Below the pieces are notes generated by a model, which did no database searches, had not been told where the DNA came from, and was given only the letters and a program-made list of their open reading frames with translations. This document shows, piece after piece, positions 1 to 9,599 of a stretch of DNA of 64,000 bases. Source of the DNA: Vulcanimicrobiota bacterium (GTDB taxonomy: Bacteria; Vulcanimicrobiota; Vulcanimicrobiia; Vulcanimicrobiales; Vulcanimicrobiaceae); assembly GCA_963714015.1 (NCBI GenBank), contig OY970223.1:2400001-2464000 (forward strand), written 5' to 3'. The stretch's first letter is position 1, and each line of letters starts with the position of its first letter. The position numbers and the translations under genes were made by a program.

Positions 1-229
1 GCCCTTGCGTACGTGCGGTCTCAGCCAGCGCGAGCATTCCGGTTAAGAAGAGATACACGTCCAGGCCGCTTTGCAATGCCAGCGCAGCCTGATGGACGGG
101 AAGCAATCCGGAGATGACGAGCGCAGCGGCGCCGAGCAGCGACCAGCACCATTCCGGAATTCGAAACGGCCGTGCGGCGACTGCGGCCAACGTCAAACCG
201 CACAGTGTCCAAATCCAGACGGCGCTCAT
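1..229 (-). CDS. ArsB/NhaD-family membrane transporter, N-terminal part (runs off window)
   Basis: Own translation from ATG at 229: MSAVWIWTLCGLTLAAVAARPFRIPEWCWSLLGAAALVISGLLP...GLDVYLFLTGMLALAETAR, resembling the N-terminus of arsenical-pump-type proteins. Not in the ORF track. Confidence 0.7.
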   Translation of the reverse strand, partial: MSAVWIWTLCGLTLAAVAARPFRIPEWCWSLLGAAALVISGLLPVHQAALALQSGLDVYLFLTGMLALAETARTQG

Positions 230-244
230 CTGCGCGGCTTACCC

Positions 245-277
245 AAAAAGAAGAAGGGGCGCCGAAACGCCCCTTCT
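245..277 (-). terminator. Rho-independent terminator
   Basis: AGAAGGGGCG-ccgaaa-CGCCCCTTCT hairpin followed on the minus strand by TCTTTTT, just after the stop of the 304-1319 gene. Confidence 0.8.
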
Positions 278-303
278 ACGGTTACGCCGAAGCGTAGATT
301 GGT

Positions 304-1319
304 TTAGAGGTTCGCGTTGTACGAGGCGCCGATCAGCGTACCGCCGCTGATTCCCGGAGCCAGCTTGCGCGCGACCTTGCCCGCAAGCGTGTACGCCACG
401 CCTTCGTCCAGACCGGCATCGGCCGTCAGGATCTGCGTGTAGGCCTTGTTGACACTGAAGGTCACCGGATCGCTCGCGCCGCTCAGCGTGATCGTGCTGC
501 TGCTCGTCGTGAACGGTGAGGGCCAAACGGAGATGTCGTGGCCGTTTTGGTCGTCAATCCACATGTTCTTGTGGATAATTTGCAGTCCGCCGGGGAACGA
601 GACGGCGGCGGCAACTTTGGGAACTCAATGACTTTGCCTTTGCCGAGCGCCCACTCGTTGACGATGGTGGCACCGCTGCTGTTGCGGCCGTCGGTGAAGA
701 GGTTACCGCTGGGGTCGCAGCCGTCGAAGTATTCTTCGAGCGCACTCGAATCTTTCAGGTGCGAGACCTTGCCGTTGCGAACGATCGCAACGTTGCCGGC
801 GCCGCCGCTCGTCGATTCGATGTTCGTCACTGCGATGTAGCCTTTGCACAGCGCAACGTCAGTCGGGTAGAAGTTGGGATCCGCGATCGTCTTGATCGGG
901 GAGCCCGTGTACGGAGGCGCATATTCCAGGACATTTGACGCGCCCGTATTGGCAACGTAGAGATCGCCCTTGGCGTCGACCGTCAATCCTTGCGGATTGC
1001 TAAGGCCCGTGATCGATCCGCACATCTTTCCGGCGGAGTAAATGTAGACTTCGTTTTCGGTAAAGTCGGAAATGAACATGAGCGAGCTGCCGCAAGCGCC
1101 GTCGATCTTTGTCGCCGGCGTGAAGTATGCGGGCGCCGCCGCCTCAGATACACGATAGCTCATTTGCCGGTGCGTCGACATCATGTTGACCGGTTGAGAG
1201 ATCGTGTGTTGCAGCAATCCTGATCCCGTTGTCGGAATCTGCGATCCGCCGCCCGAGCACGCTGCGAGTGCGAGCGAGGCGACGATGGCGAGTGAACCCA
1301 ATCGCGTGGTTAAACGCAT
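304..1319 (-). CDS. Secreted lipoprotein with NHL/beta-propeller repeats (frameshift near 590)
   Basis: Signal peptide with lipobox LAAC; NHL-like GLSNPQGLTVDAKGDLYVAN; continues in ORF 304..564. Confidence 0.7.
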
Positions 1320-1580
1320 GTAAATGTTCTCCAATAGAAGAGTAACAGTAATCGGTTCCAAGTGAATACGCCGGTGCCCGAACGGCAGCGACGGTTGCCG
1401 GATGCTACCAAAGTATGACGTCCTCGTACGCTTACCTTTTGCGCGGTTTAGGAATTTTGTACTTTCAAAAAGGCGTTCATGCGTCAACGAATGACGCTAT
1501 TCGAACTTTGCTGCGAGCTGACTAATGCGGCATAGTCCGCTTGCCGTTTGGGAGTAGTACAAAAGGCACAAATTGGACCC

Positions 1581-2480
1581 TCAATCCTTCATGCGGTCGC
1601 GGGGATGAGCCGCGTCGTACTGACGCTGTTTGTGCGTCATCGAGATTTTCAGATAGACGCCGGTCGTGGCGAGACTCTCGTGCCCGAGCAGTTCCCGCAC
1701 GGTTTCGAGGTCGACCCCGTTCTCCACCAAGTGCGTCGCAAAGGAATGGCGCAGGGTGTGGGGGCTGGCATGATACGTAATGCCGCTCACGTTATATATG
1801 TCGCGAAAGATCCGCCACACGTGCTTTGGCGTCAAACGCTTTTTCCCGCGTCCCAAAAACAGCGCCGCATCCGTCGTCGCGGGGCGGATGCGCAGATACG
1901 CTTCGATCGCGCGCGCCGCGCTGGTATTGATCAAAACGATCCGCTCTTTGCTGCCCTTGCCGTGCACGTGAATGGTGCGCCGGCGCAGGTTCACGTCTTT
2001 GAGGTCGATGCGCGCGACCTCGGCACGGCGCACACCGCTGGCGTACAGCAGTTCCATGATCGCAGTATCGCGCAGGCGCTGCCATGCGGGTCTGCCGGCA
2101 AGTGACGTCGAGAGCAACTTCCCGACGTCGGGAACGTCCAGATGCTCGGGCGTTTTCTTTTCGATTCGCGGTCCGGGGACGCCGGACGCCGGATCGTCCG
2201 CCCGCTGTCCGTAAAGACGCAAATACTTGTAGAGCGCTTTGATCGACGAAAGCTTTCGCCGCACGGTGCGGCTATCGTAACCGCGATCACCCGCCAGATG
2301 CATGATGTACCGGCGGACGTCCGACGTAGTCGCATCGCGCAGCGGCGCCTTATTCAGGAAGGCAGCGAACTCACGGAGATCCTGCGCGTAGGCCTCGACC
2401 GTCAGCTGGCTGCGGTTGCGCTCCAGGCGGAGGTAGGCCGTGAGCTCCTGGATGAGCGGGTCGACCGGCGGTCTCTCCAC
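1581..2480 (-). CDS. XerC/XerD-type tyrosine recombinase
   Basis: SAM-like N-domain (TVEAYAQDL); ELLYASGVRRAE, HGKGSKER, HTLRHSFATHL, LLGHESLATTGVY give the full R-K-H-R-H-Y catalytic set; 299 aa. Confidence 0.93.
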   Translation of the reverse strand: MERPPVDPLIQELTAYLRLERNRSQLTVEAYAQDLREFAAFLNKAPLRDATTSDVRRYIMHLAGDRGYDSRTVRRKLSSIKALYKYLRLYGQRADDPASGVPGPRIEKKTPEHLDVPDVGKLLSTSLAGRPAWQRLRDTAIMELLYASGVRRAEVARIDLKDVNLRRRTIHVHGKGSKERIVLINTSAARAIEAYLRIRPATTDAALFLGRGKKRLTPKHVWRIFRDIYNVSGITYHASPHTLRHSFATHLVENGVDLETVRELLGHESLATTGVYLKISMTHKQRQYDAAHPRDRMKD

Positions 2481-2503
2481 AGAGTTCTCCTCACGCCTCG
2501 GCT

Positions 2504-2535
2504 GAATGCGACATAATAACAGTTTTATCGCATTC
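2504..2535. other. dif-like recombination site (11-6-11 inverted repeat)
   Basis: GA-ATGCGACATAA-TAACAG-TTTTATCGCAT-TC; the minus strand reads ...CTGTTA-TTATGTCGCAT, with the TTATGT core of dif arms; ~25 bp upstream of the recombinase start. Confidence 0.65.
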
Positions 2536-2611
2536 GAGAAGAGGCCGCTCGGCCCTTTGTGGGCAGGCGGTGGGTGGGAATCGGGGCTTCCGCCGGAATC
2601 TATTGTGTGGG

Positions 2612-2734
2612 GTGCAAGCTGTGCCGAGGACCGTCGTTCGAACCGTATTGATCGGCGTTTTCACGCTGATCGCGATGTTATCCGGATGCGACTTCGCGAC
2701 GCCGCGGCAGTTCGTCGAGTTTTGCTTGGCCTGA
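2612..2734 (+). pseudogene. Short or truncated lipoprotein ORF (40 aa)
   Basis: VQAVPRTVVRTVLIGVFTLIAMLSGCDFATPRQFVEFCLA*: hydrophobic stretch and LSGC lipobox, then an early stop at the island edge. Confidence 0.35.
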
Positions 2735-2808
2735 GATTCCGGTTTGGGTGGCAGTCGAAACCAACCGAGACACGTTGACCTCGCCGAGATCATCCGGTAT
2801 CTGTGGAT

Positions 2809-4300
2809 TCACGGAACGGGAGATGGCCCGGGAACTGTCGCCTTCGGCAAATGCGGAGCAACTGACGCGGCTCCCGGTTCGACTATGTGAGGGGTGATTA
2901 TGATATAAAGGTTCCTTTGCGTTTCAGTGTCGTGACGCGCGCGAAACAGACCTCCGATGATAGACAAAATCACCAAGGCGGGGTACCTTTGAGAAGTTTC
3001 GAATTTCTTCGTCTTCCAATAAGCCGCCCACGACGAAAGGCTGACCCTCCGCGACAGTAGCGCTCGTGCTGACCTGTCGGAGGCTAATCTGAGGAACATT
3101 CCCTTGCTGCGTCGGAACGAACGCCGTCACACTTGAAACCTCCGCAAATAGGTGCGAGGTGACAAAGCGGTCATTCGTAACTCGAGGCTCTATTTGCAAG
3201 TTCAGACCAACCGCAATGTAGTTCACGTTTTGCTGCGTAATTGTAAGGGATCCAGAATAGATTGTAGTTGACGCAATTGGTATTGCGTCGCCGGTCAAAA
3301 TCTGCGCGGATATGCCGTTTTGTGCGACAATTCTTGGGTTCGCCAAGATTCGCCCGCCGCCTCGAGCGATTGTCGCAAAAAGGCTTCCCTGAAAATGGGC
3401 TCGGGATGCGGCACCGAGCCCGTTGTTAATGTTGGAGATCCAGCGGCAACCGGAGTTCCCGCCCCACTAGTTAGATCCAGCCCTAAGTCGCGTGCAGTCT
3501 GTCTGACTAAGTTCGACGACTTCGCACTCCAGCATGACATTTGGTAATGGCTGATCGATCGCTTCAATTTCAGACTTACGGCGCCCGATCTGCTCTGGCA
3601 GTTCCAGAAAGAATCATCGCATTGAGTCTCCGATCCACCGCATGGTGGCGTTGGTGCGTCGCCCGACGCTCTCGATTCTGCTTGAGGCAGCGGCGCAGGT
3701 TGGTAAGGCTGTACTTGGCTCACGCCGGGCGACGTCGGAAGAATAAAACTTGACCGCTGAAACGTGTCGTTGGGAGCGATGCTGTGTCCCTCCACGCGGA
3801 CGCCAACCACTTCACTGATGTCAGCATATTTCAGGTACACTACATCATACGCCGGCGGCGCAGTAGACCGAACACCTTGCCCTAGAGAAAGCGACCGTGT
3901 TGCGCTTGATGCGACGGCGCGGCAACTTCAACGGAAAGAATGTTTGACGATTCGGCCGTGAAGATCGGCGTTGGACTTAACAATTTCATGAGCAGTTGCA
4001 CTTCGCCCGGTACGAGGTTAATGCGAAGAAATTGCAGTAGGCTCATTCCGCTGTACGACAACTGCCGTATGCTTGGAGAAAGCGTCGTCAAGGGAAGCAC
4101 TACGGTAGCATTTTCAGATCCCATCCCATCAACCCGCCAGCCCGCCGGGACGCCACCCGAAAAGGTTAGTGTTAGCACAGCGTTACCGTCTAGCGCCGAC
4201 TGGATGCGAACACGTGTTAGTTGCGAAGTTGCGTGCGCACTTGCAAGGGACATTTTTCTGATGGCACGAAGCAATCCAAAGAAAGCACGCGGCGATCGCC
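2809..4300 (-). pseudogene. Secretin (GspD/PilQ family), multiply frameshifted
   Basis: Fragments NPRIVAQNGISAQILTGDAIP, VGLNLQIEPRV, TSATVAEGQPFVVGGLL, SKVPRLGD, IGGLFR...RNLYIIITPHIV; N-domain YLKYADISEV; spread over at least 4 ORFs; start uncertain. Confidence 0.8.
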
Positions 4301-4347
4301 CCCGGGGCAGCGTTGCTGCATGACTGGGAGAGTCACATCTGGCAGCG

Positions 4348-4995
4348 ATGCAGAAGGTAAAAAACATAGGCCGGCTTCGCGTTCTCGTAATGCTTTTGGG
4401 CACGACTTCCCTTATTGCGATGAACTACTGGCGTTTGGGATGGTTAGAATCGACTACGTACTCGGTTTTGTTCACTTTCTTGTCATACGTTGGGTTGCGT
4501 TGGCCCAGCATAAGAACGGTCTTAGCGGGAAACGCGCCCGACGACCATCTGTCATGGAGCGGTGCCTTCACGGGATCGGTCGTCTCGTGCACCCTAATCT
4601 TTATCTTCAGCCGATCCGCGGCCGGGGCACTTTTCATCCGCGATGCTCTCCTTGTGTTGGCTGGATATTACGCTATTGGAAGGTTGACGTGTGCATCTCT
4701 TGGGTGTTGCAATTTTAAGGACGAGCGTACCAAAAGCATCGTACCGCTTCCGCTCCCGCTCATAGAAGCCGCTTTACTAATAGTGCTTATGAGCTCTGTG
4801 ATGGTTACGCCATTTGCGCCAGGCGTTACGACCGGGTTTGCTTTCGCAGGCTTCGCTGCAGTGAGAGTAATGTCACGACTTTGTCGAGGCCAGGTCATTG
4901 GCTCGGAGTGGACAACATTGTGCTGCCCTGATGCGCTACCAAGCTTCTTCGGAGGCATAGCCTTTGCGTTTGTAGTCCAAGCGTCGGTTCGATAA
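4348..4995 (+). CDS. Divergent prolipoprotein diacylglyceryl transferase (Lgt)-fold membrane protein
   Basis: Multi-TM; Lgt-like motifs in order: HLSWSGAFTG, D...YAIGRLTCASLGCC, PLPLIEA, FAAVRVMSRLCR. Confidence 0.6.
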   Translation: MQKVKNIGRLRVLVMLLGTTSLIAMNYWRLGWLESTTYSVLFTFLSYVGLRWPSIRTVLAGNAPDDHLSWSGAFTGSVVSCTLIFIFSRSAAGALFIRDALLVLAGYYAIGRLTCASLGCCNFKDERTKSIVPLPLPLIEAALLIVLMSSVMVTPFAPGVTTGFAFAGFAAVRVMSRLCRGQVIGSEWTTLCCPDALPSFFGGIAFAFVVQASVR

Positions 4996-6477
4996 GGCAC
5001 TAAATAGGAACAGCACCAGGAGCGATCCCGTGAGCAGTGAACTTCCAAAGCGGCCATAAGGCGTTTCAATGGATACCGGTACATCGACGGTCGCCTCTCC
5101 GATATTCCCAATGCTAAGAACGGGATGCCAGAAGCCTCGACTGTCTATTATACCTGAAGGGCCGGTCGTTCCATCCACGACGATTGGATGTCCCGTCTCG
5201 GCCGCTCGCATCCGCATTCCATCGATTTGTTGAAGGGGCCCCGAGACATCGTGAAACCAACTGTCGTCGGTAGACACTACAACGATTTCATTGCGCTGAA
5301 GCGATTTAACGAACGTTGGGAACATCCCCTCATAGCAAAGCAATGGTCTTATTGTCAACGGCGAGCCCGCTACGGTAAAATCGCGGGTAGCCTGCCCGCG
5401 TTGTAGGTCATGAAGCTGAGTCAGAATAGGGAAAATGCGCTCAAAAGCAGCACGATATGGCACGAACTCTGCGAATGGTACGAGCTGCTGCTTCACATAA
5501 ATGTCATTTGAACCGTCGGGATGTACCTCAACGAGCCTGTTTGAAAAAGTCAGTCCAGTACTCGGCGAGGAAACACCGATCAACAAGGTGAGATTCTCGC
5601 GATGTGCCAGGACGCGCGCCCGTTGCAAACTAACCTCGGCCACTGAAGGGTCGTGGGTGTAGATCGCGTCTTCAGGCCACACGATTAGCGCTGGCTTATG
5701 AAGCGCCGCGCTTTCGGTCAGATGTAGGAGCGTCTTCGTCACGCGAGCTTGTACCAGAGCCACTCGCATAGCACGACCGCCGCTTTGCCGAGTGACCGGA
5801 ACGTGGATCGCAGTCGGGGCGATTAGGAGCGATACGGCAGCCGCCGCTATTACCCAGCGGCGATTTGTAATCGAGAGGTTAAGCATGCAACTTATGCCAA
5901 CCGTGAACGCCGATAGGCCGAGGCTGCCGAATATCGGGAGAAGCAGCTGGGCCATCAGACCATCAACCTGTGACAAGGAGACGGCTCCAAAAGGGAAACC
6001 GTTTGGTCCTGCCATTTGCACCCATTCGGCGCATGCAAACAGTCCAGCTGTGGCAGTCGGCCAAGTTCGAGGAAAGCGGGCCCAAACGACGCACGAAAGC
6101 CCTCCCGCTATGGCGTACGGTGACGCTTTCATGCAAGCCGAAACCAGTGCGATTGCGTAATATGACAGCCCCATGATGCCAGCCGCCGACGCGTATATCC
6201 AATGGCACGAGCTGAGTATGACCGTTACAAAGAATACGTACGCGCAAATGGAGGCCCCCACAGGTGTCAACCGCCGAATTGCTAACAGCGGCGCTTGGAG
6301 CGCGAGTGGCATGAGAAACGAAACGCTAGAAGGAGCGAAGGAAAGCCCGGCAACAGCTCCTGCGCAAATGCTCAGCGCGACGGCCGATCGTGCATCAGAA
6401 GCGAATTTCACGAGACTCGTCTCTACGCGGTGAATTTGCGATGCCGCAATATTGACGGATATCCGTGCGTGTACCAA
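4936..6477 (-). CDS. lnt: Apolipoprotein N-acyltransferase (true start probably ~6410)
   Basis: TM region plus nitrilase domain with E-K-C triad: IVWPEDA, YVKQQLVPFAEFVP, LLCYEGMFP; also STDDSWF, RAAETG, GPSGIID. Confidence 0.9.
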   Translation of the reverse strand: MVHARISVNIAASQIHRVETSLVKFASDARSAVALSICAGAVAGLSFAPSSVSFLMPLALQAPLLAIRRLTPVGASICAYVFFVTVILSSCHWIYASAAGIMGLSYYAIALVSACMKASPYAIAGGLSCVVWARFPRTWPTATAGLFACAEWVQMAGPNGFPFGAVSLSQVDGLMAQLLLPIFGSLGLSAFTVGISCMLNLSITNRRWVIAAAAVSLLIAPTAIHVPVTRQSGGRAMRVALVQARVTKTLLHLTESAALHKPALIVWPEDAIYTHDPSVAEVSLQRARVLAHRENLTLLIGVSSPSTGLTFSNRLVEVHPDGSNDIYVKQQLVPFAEFVPYRAAFERIFPILTQLHDLQRGQATRDFTVAGSPLTIRPLLCYEGMFPTFVKSLQRNEIVVVSTDDSWFHDVSGPLQQIDGMRMRAAETGHPIVVDGTTGPSGIIDSRGFWHPVLSIGNIGEATVDVPVSIETPYGRFGSSLLTGSLLVLFLFSALSNRRLDYKRKGYASEEAW

Positions 6478-7079
6478 TTGCGTCCATTAAACGGCCAGTG
6501 GATCGCTTTTGCATTAATTCCGGTGACTGGGCCAGCCCAAACGGGAATCCTTCGATCATCGGTTGCCGAGACCGGGGCCATGGCAGTGCCGCTGAGCTTT
6601 ACGGGAATACGTGTCTGAAAAGGCTGCGCCCATTGATCGAACATTATTTTGTAGCGGAACGAAACTATTGAAACGCCCCCATAGCCGGCATTGTGCGTTG
6701 CCACAACAGCTGTCGGTTCGATACTCCCATAGCAAACGTAACCTGCGGAAGGTACGTCGCGTAAATAGCGAAGCACGTCTCTATGTTTGGGATTAACATT
6801 GTATGTAAACAGTACGCTATGGTCCCGAACGGTCCGCCCGACTCGTTGGAAGATACCCAGCGAGACCAATGCGTCCTCGAAGTTTTTCCGCGCGTCGTCT
6901 TCGCGGACTGTGTCGGGTAGGGCGATCACATCCGTACAAAGCCGGCCGTGCCACAGCGACTGGTTTTGGATTGCGCTTAGGGTTGGCGAACCGGCCGAGC
7001 AGCCGGTAAGCACTGCCCAAACAAGCAATAATACCGAACCGCGTGAGTCCGAGGGCCAGCCACCACGTCTAATCGTCAC
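6423..7079 (-). CDS. Hypothetical lipoprotein
   Basis: VLLLVWAVLTGC lipobox; start overlaps the stop of the upstream protease gene. Confidence 0.6.
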   Translation of the reverse strand: MTIRRGGWPSDSRGSVLLLVWAVLTGCSAGSPTLSAIQNQSLWHGRLCTDVIALPDTVREDDARKNFEDALVSLGIFQRVGRTVRDHSVLFTYNVNPKHRDVLRYLRDVPSAGYVCYGSIEPTAVVATHNAGYGGVSIVSFRYKIMFDQWAQPFQTRIPVKLSGTAMAPVSATDDRRIPVWAGPVTGINAKAIHWPFNGRNWYTHGYPSILRHRKFTA

Positions 7080-8743
7080 TTGTGATTTTGCGGCCGCGCA
7101 TCAAATGAAAGCGCCCACCGCGCAATAGTATTCGGTGCGACCTGCATTTGAGCTCGGTACTGGCTGATTTGGGAAAATTGCGAGACGCCTCGACTGCGCA
7201 GCAAGGCTTGCAGCAAAGATGATTCGCTGCGTTGGAAGGCCGGCAATCTCGCCACATCAAGAGGCACCGTGTTACCTAGCACGTGCCGCTCGAATTCTGC
7301 AACCGAATGCGCGTTTAACTCAGCCGCAATGCGTGAATTGGTCGAACCGGCCACGTACATCCGGCCGGCGGCGTCGATTCCGATTTTGCTCACATGGGGC
7401 AACACGGGAACATGAAGATTACCAAATGCTGCGAGTTTGCCACGGCCCTGCATGCGGGTAAGGAACACGATGAGATTACTGCCCTCATCGAGCGGTGGAT
7501 CGTCGAGAAATACCCCCGTATCGGCCGGCTGTTGATCTACAACCTGTATTACGTCGCCGGGTTTGCACAGTGAGTCGGGACCAAAGAGATGACGGTAAAT
7601 ATGTAGCACCCGCGCTCTACGAATCGCTGTTCTGAAGGGTCCCTCTCGCACATAGGTTGACCCGGGCAATATCTCCACCCGAGCTACGAGGCTCGACATG
7701 AGATACATCGATTGAATACTGGCGTATGCTGAACCACTATGATCGTCAAGGTGGACCGAGCCGCTTCCGTTGCGTGAATCGCGCCCAAGCCGTGTGGGCG
7801 TACCGAAGGCATCGCCTGTTCCCTGGTAACCTTGTGCGAACGCCCAAGAGGCTGGATAGCGCTTTGGCGCCAGAGGCGGAACAGGGTGCGCAAACTCGGG
7901 CGGTGGACAGTGCGCGTTTCCAGGACACTTGAACGGAGGAGGCGTGAACTTGACAAAATAGGGATCGTATAGGGACTCGAGGTAGGGAGTGTCCCATGAT
8001 GGCAACGGCTGCGCCTCCGTTGTAATGCAGACCGGTACCTTGGGAAACATGATTGAACTCTCGTACTGGTTATGGCTCAAGCCTAGGCTGTGTCCGACCT
8101 CGTGCGCCATCACAGCGTAGACGGTATCAGCACTCTGAAGCGCACTCGCGGAATCAAAAACGATTTTAGCACTCTGGAGAAAGGTTTGATTTAGAGGCTT
8201 GTTAAGCGGGATGTTGCCGAAAGTCTCAACCCCTAAAGTACCATCTTCATTTCCGCCGCCGGTTAAGTCCTCGTCGTAGATCTGTACTTGGCTACCGGTG
8301 GGGTTATTTGTATATGTAAGCCCCAGTTCGAGCGTGCCCGTGGCATTTTGAGCAAGGTCCTTGTCCCAGGCTTCTATTGCGTCCTCTACCGGCGTATAGT
8401 AGCCACTCGCGCTGCTATCAATATAGTAAACGATGGTATAGTTCTCATCCTCCGCTCCCTTTGGCCAATAGATCCCCTGGCTTAGCGTGGAACCATCGCT
8501 CATGTGGATTGTCCATCCGTCCTGCAACGGGCTTGTAGATGGCGCTGTAGAGCATCCGTTGTAATACAACGTCGAGCTCGCTTGGATGGGGTCCGGGTTT
8601 TGTGTCGCAGAGTTTACCGTCGCCGGACCCGCGTTGTAGCCGTTGTTGTTCCCAATTGTACAGCCGTTCGCGTTGCAATCACATGAGTTGCCCATGCAAA
8701 GCAGAACGGGAAGCAAGGCCCCGAGTCGTTTTAAGAACAGCAT
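7076..8743 (-). CDS. Matrixin (M10-like, metzincin) metalloprotease with an extra C-terminal domain
   Basis: HEVGHSLGLSH zinc motif, Met-turn SSIMFP, AIEAWD helix; N-terminal signal; Pro-rich linker then a ~230-aa domain. Confidence 0.85.
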   Translation of the reverse strand: MLFLKRLGALLPVLLCMGNSCDCNANGCTIGNNNGYNAGPATVNSATQNPDPIQASSTLYYNGCSTAPSTSPLQDGWTIHMSDGSTLSQGIYWPKGAEDENYTIVYYIDSSASGYYTPVEDAIEAWDKDLAQNATGTLELGLTYTNNPTGSQVQIYDEDLTGGGNEDGTLGVETFGNIPLNKPLNQTFLQSAKIVFDSASALQSADTVYAVMAHEVGHSLGLSHNQYESSIMFPKVPVCITTEAQPLPSWDTPYLESLYDPYFVKFTPPPFKCPGNAHCPPPEFAHPVPPLAPKRYPASWAFAQGYQGTGDAFGTPTRLGRDSRNGSGSVHLDDHSGSAYASIQSMYLMSSLVARVEILPGSTYVREGPFRTAIRRARVLHIYRHLFGPDSLCKPGDVIQVVDQQPADTGVFLDDPPLDEGSNLIVFLTRMQGRGKLAAFGNLHVPVLPHVSKIGIDAAGRMYVAGSTNSRIAAELNAHSVAEFERHVLGNTVPLDVARLPAFQRSESSLLQALLRSRGVSQFSQISQYRAQMQVAPNTIARWALSFDARPQNHK

Positions 8744-9599
8744 ACTTACCCCCGCTATGAAGCTGGCTCGTTCTCAAGCCATACTAACGACCAAGCTCTC
8801 CCTCCGTCAACTCTCAGAGGTGACAGGAATGAGGCCAGGGCCCTGGGTCGGTATCGACGGGGCAGACCGCGCGGGAAAACGCTCACGTTCAAGCGCAGCC
8901 GTCGCCGAGGTTCAGCGGCGAATTGACGCCGACCGGAAAAAGCGCAAGTCGCTCGGCGTTGTACTCGCCAGGCGTTGGTGGCATATCTTCGAAAGAGTGC
9001 GATTCTGCTGCCGTAGCCTTCCGGTGGGGGCTGGACCCCTTTGCGCAGGCCATTAGTCGACTAAGACAAACGTATCTACTAGGCGATGACCGTATTACTG
9101 AAGCAACGGCAATTCGGGTTTGAGCAAAATGGTCGAATCGTGTTCGAGCATCAGCTACGCGAAACTGTCGTGGCCGCAGCCTCGCACCCCGCGATGAGAG
9201 GCACTCCGCGCCCTCGCCGATTTTTAACACGCAGTTCATCCATCTGTTCACCGTTCACGGTGCGACGGCACAAACGCGAAGCCCAAATGCGGAAACGGCC
9301 CAGACAAGCCCTTTTATACGCATGTGTCAGACCGGTAAACCTACTTTCATACCAAAGTTATCAATGTTGGAGTTAGTGATCGGAGGTACACGCGCTGGAC
9401 GGCTTGCTCTATCCCGAATCGGATCCGCGCGTTGAAGAGCACTATACGGATATCGCCCCCGGTTTACCGACCAACTCTTCTCGCTATAATGATTCTGCTC
9501 GACTTCCGCTTTGCACGGCGCACACGTGACCTCACTCAGAGCCATCTTTACACCACCATCCTCGATATTAATATATTGAATTTCCACAGGTATCACGGC

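Noticed and set aside
1481..1497. GCGTCA-N5-TGACGC palindrome as a riboswitch
   Set aside because: No recognisable aptamer consensus; could be an operator or weak terminator but unsupported
1581..2480. Integron or phage integrase
   Set aside because: No IntI insertion or arm-binding domain; length and motifs fit XerC/D; no attC array or phage genes seen
8829..9056. P-loop kinase remnant (VGIDGADRAGK)
   Set aside because: Single degenerate motif with no supporting downstream similarity
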